Below are positions 62,358 to 64,000 of a DNA stretch of 64,000 bases, piece by piece. Position 1 is the first letter of the stretch. Each line of letters opens with the position of its first letter. The notes under the pieces are model-generated. The model was given only the letters and a program-made list of their open reading frames with translations, was not told the origin of the DNA and ran no database searches. Both the position numbers and the translations under genes were made by a program. The stretch is from Syntrophorhabdaceae bacterium (GTDB taxonomy: Bacteria > Desulfobacterota > Syntrophorhabdia > Syntrophorhabdales > Syntrophorhabdaceae). The stretch is taken from the NCBI GenBank assembly GCA_963665295.1, contig OY762209.1, forward strand, positions 2,400,001 to 2,464,000, given 5' to 3'.

Positions 62358-64000
62358 CTATTTGATCTGCACCGGTACGGGACCGTGGAGAGCGCTTTTG
62401 CCGTGGGTATCGATATCTTCAAGCTGATAATAATACGTTTTTTTCCGCTGCACACCCTTGTCGGTATAGGTATACGAGGCTCCTTTGACGACGGTTCCCT
62501 TTGCGGGGATGATCCGCGCATTGACCCGTTCGTATCCGCCGTTTGCGCTTACCGACCTTACGAGGTAGAAACCTGCATTCTCGAATTCCGAGGCAGTCTT
62601 CCACTGAAGGGTGACCTTTCCTCCGCTGTATTTCGCGGTGAAGCTTTTGAGGGTGATGAGTGTGTACTGAACCTTGAAATTGGCCGTTATTGATTTGCTT
62701 GCCGTCATGGTGACCGTGCAGGTTCCCGTGCCCGAGCATCCTCCGGACCAGCCGGTAAAAGTCGAACCGGCGGCAGGGGTAGCAGTGAGGGTGACCACGG
62801 CATCCGTCAGGAAGCCGGCGGAACAGACGGCTCCGCAGTTGATGCCGGCGGGAGAACTCGTGACCGAGCCTGAACCTGTGCCCGACTTGGAAACGGAAAG
62901 AGAGAAGCCATTGTCCGTGCAAACCGGCCACACGTGGAGAGGGAAGCCGGTTTTGGGGGGACTGGCTGTGCCGCCTCCCTGCATCTCGATGACCCATACG
63001 GTGGTCGAGTCCAGCAGACGCGTGGTGGATGACCACGATCTTTCCGAATGGGTACCCGTAAAGGGGTTGCCCGCGGGGAGGGGAGGGTCATATTTGGAGC
63101 GGTCAAAAAGGCTCAGGAGTTCCTTCCTGTTCGGAAGACGCCAGCAGGAGAGACCTGCGTAATTCTGGGCATTCAGGCAATCCACGTAGTCGAGAGCCTC
63201 GCGCCAGATCTTGTTCACGGCCGGGGCACATGCCGCCGGTCCCGGTGTATTCATATCTTTCGTCCACATGAGACCTGTAAGGTTATCGGTGACCGTTTCG
63301 TTGGCGTGTTCGGTAAACCGTGGGGACGGCCATGCCACCCCGGCCTGAATCTCCCCGTCCTGACCGGTACCCGCACAGGCAATCACGCTGCCTGTCGCAT
63401 TATAACACACGGTCTGTCCTGTCTTCGGAAGGGACCCGCTGTTGCCGCGCACGGGCCACACGTAGCAGGCGCTGCCCTTGGTGCTGACAGTCACCCCGCC
63501 TCCGTTCGATGTGCTGAGGGTCCAGTCGTAATCATGGGCACCGGACCTCGCTAATGTCGTGGATGAGCAGTATAAGCCCGTTTTTACATCGGTAAACCCT
63601 TCCGAGGGCGACATCAACCATGCGGTAATGTCCGCCTCGCCCGCATCTACGAGGCTTTCCAATTCGCTGATGTTCGGGAGTCTCCAGTCGGTATAGCCGC
63701 AAAGACTGAGGGCATTGGCATAGCTGAGGGCGGCGTTCCAGGTCATTGTAGTACCCGCGAGATTCGCGCTCTTCGGCCACATGAGGCCCGTAAGGTTGTC
63801 CGTTATACAGTCTGTTTCCGTACCGGTTCCTGCAATGAAACGTGGGGAAGGCCATACCGTCCCTGCCTGAATGTCCCCGTCCTGGCCGGTATCCGTGCAT
63901 GATATCGGGTCGGCGCAACTGCACGTTTCGCTATAGCACGTTGTCTGGCCTGTCTTGGGTAAGGCGACTGTTCCGGCGGCGTGACCGAGCGAAACCACAC
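62358..64000 (-). CDS. DUF1566 (Lcl) repeat protein with InlB-B-like repeat and C-terminal Ig-like domain (start outside window)
   Basis: Two LPKTGQT..DNLTGLMW..WRLPN..EL repeats; GSTFTGWSGGC; terminal ITLKSFTA..WKTASE..HGPV domain. Confidence 0.85.
   Translation of the reverse strand, partial: VVSLGHAAGTVALPKTGQTTCYSETCSCADPISCTDTGQDGDIQAGTVWPSPRFIAGTGTETDCITDNLTGLMWPKSANLAGTTMTWNAALSYANALSLCGYTDWRLPNISELESLVDAGEADITAWLMSPSEGFTDVKTGLYCSSTTLARSGAHDYDWTLSTSNGGGVTVSTKGSACYVWPVRGNSGSLPKTGQTVCYNATGSVIACAGTGQDGEIQAGVAWPSPRFTEHANETVTDNLTGLMWTKDMNTPGPAACAPAVNKIWREALDYVDCLNAQNYAGLSCWRLPNRKELLSLFDRSKYDPPLPAGNPFTGTHSERSWSSTTRLLDSTTVWVIEMQGGGTASPPKTGFPLHVWPVCTDNGFSLSVSKSGTGSGSVTSSPAGINCGAVCSAGFLTDAVVTLTATPAAGSTFTGWSGGCSGTGTCTVTMTASKSITANFKVQYTLITLKSFTAKYSGGKVTLQWKTASEFENAGFYLVRSVSANGGYERVNARIIPAKGTVVKGASYTYTDKGVQRKKTYYYQLEDIDTHGKSALHGPVPVQIK

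Noticed and set aside
62358..64000. DUF1566 protein as a diversity-generating retroelement target
   Set aside because: No reverse transcriptase and no template-repeat copy differing at adenines seen in this window.

Overview
Bacterial chromosomal window. The gene content suggests an anaerobic deltaproteobacterium (Desulfobacterota, possibly Syntrophorhabdaceae-like; this is inference). The first ~35 kb is mostly housekeeping and transport: a polar amino-acid ABC transporter, radical SAM, TAXI and EamA transporters, rlmI, pgm, a rubrerythrin-like protein, two tandem glutamate-receptor-like channel genes, a MarR-RND efflux operon, a PAS hybrid kinase, dnaK-lon and zur-znuACB. From 35 to 46.6 kb lies a complete type I-E CRISPR-Cas locus with 25 regular repeats and 24 spacers. 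The last 17 kb is accessory: secreted Ig-domain proteins, a FIST protein, HU, a four-gene membrane/vWA operon opposite a DeoR regulator, and a PorU-like C25 peptidase beside a DUF1566 protein. The most striking observations are these. (1) A 494-bp decayed Mu-like phage fragment (3' end of a MuF/BECR-like gene plus 5' end of a virion morphogenesis gene) sits exactly between the last regular CRISPR repeat and a degenerate 26th repeat, like a giant spacer. (2) Inside it, a consensus sigma70 promoter points at a ~110-nt cloverleaf RNA with possible kissing loops, convergent with the nuclease-like gene; it is a candidate RNA antitoxin. (3) A PorU-like gingipain is encoded next to a protein with a C-terminal sorting-like domain. 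All protein family calls are from motif recognition by eye; no database searches were run.
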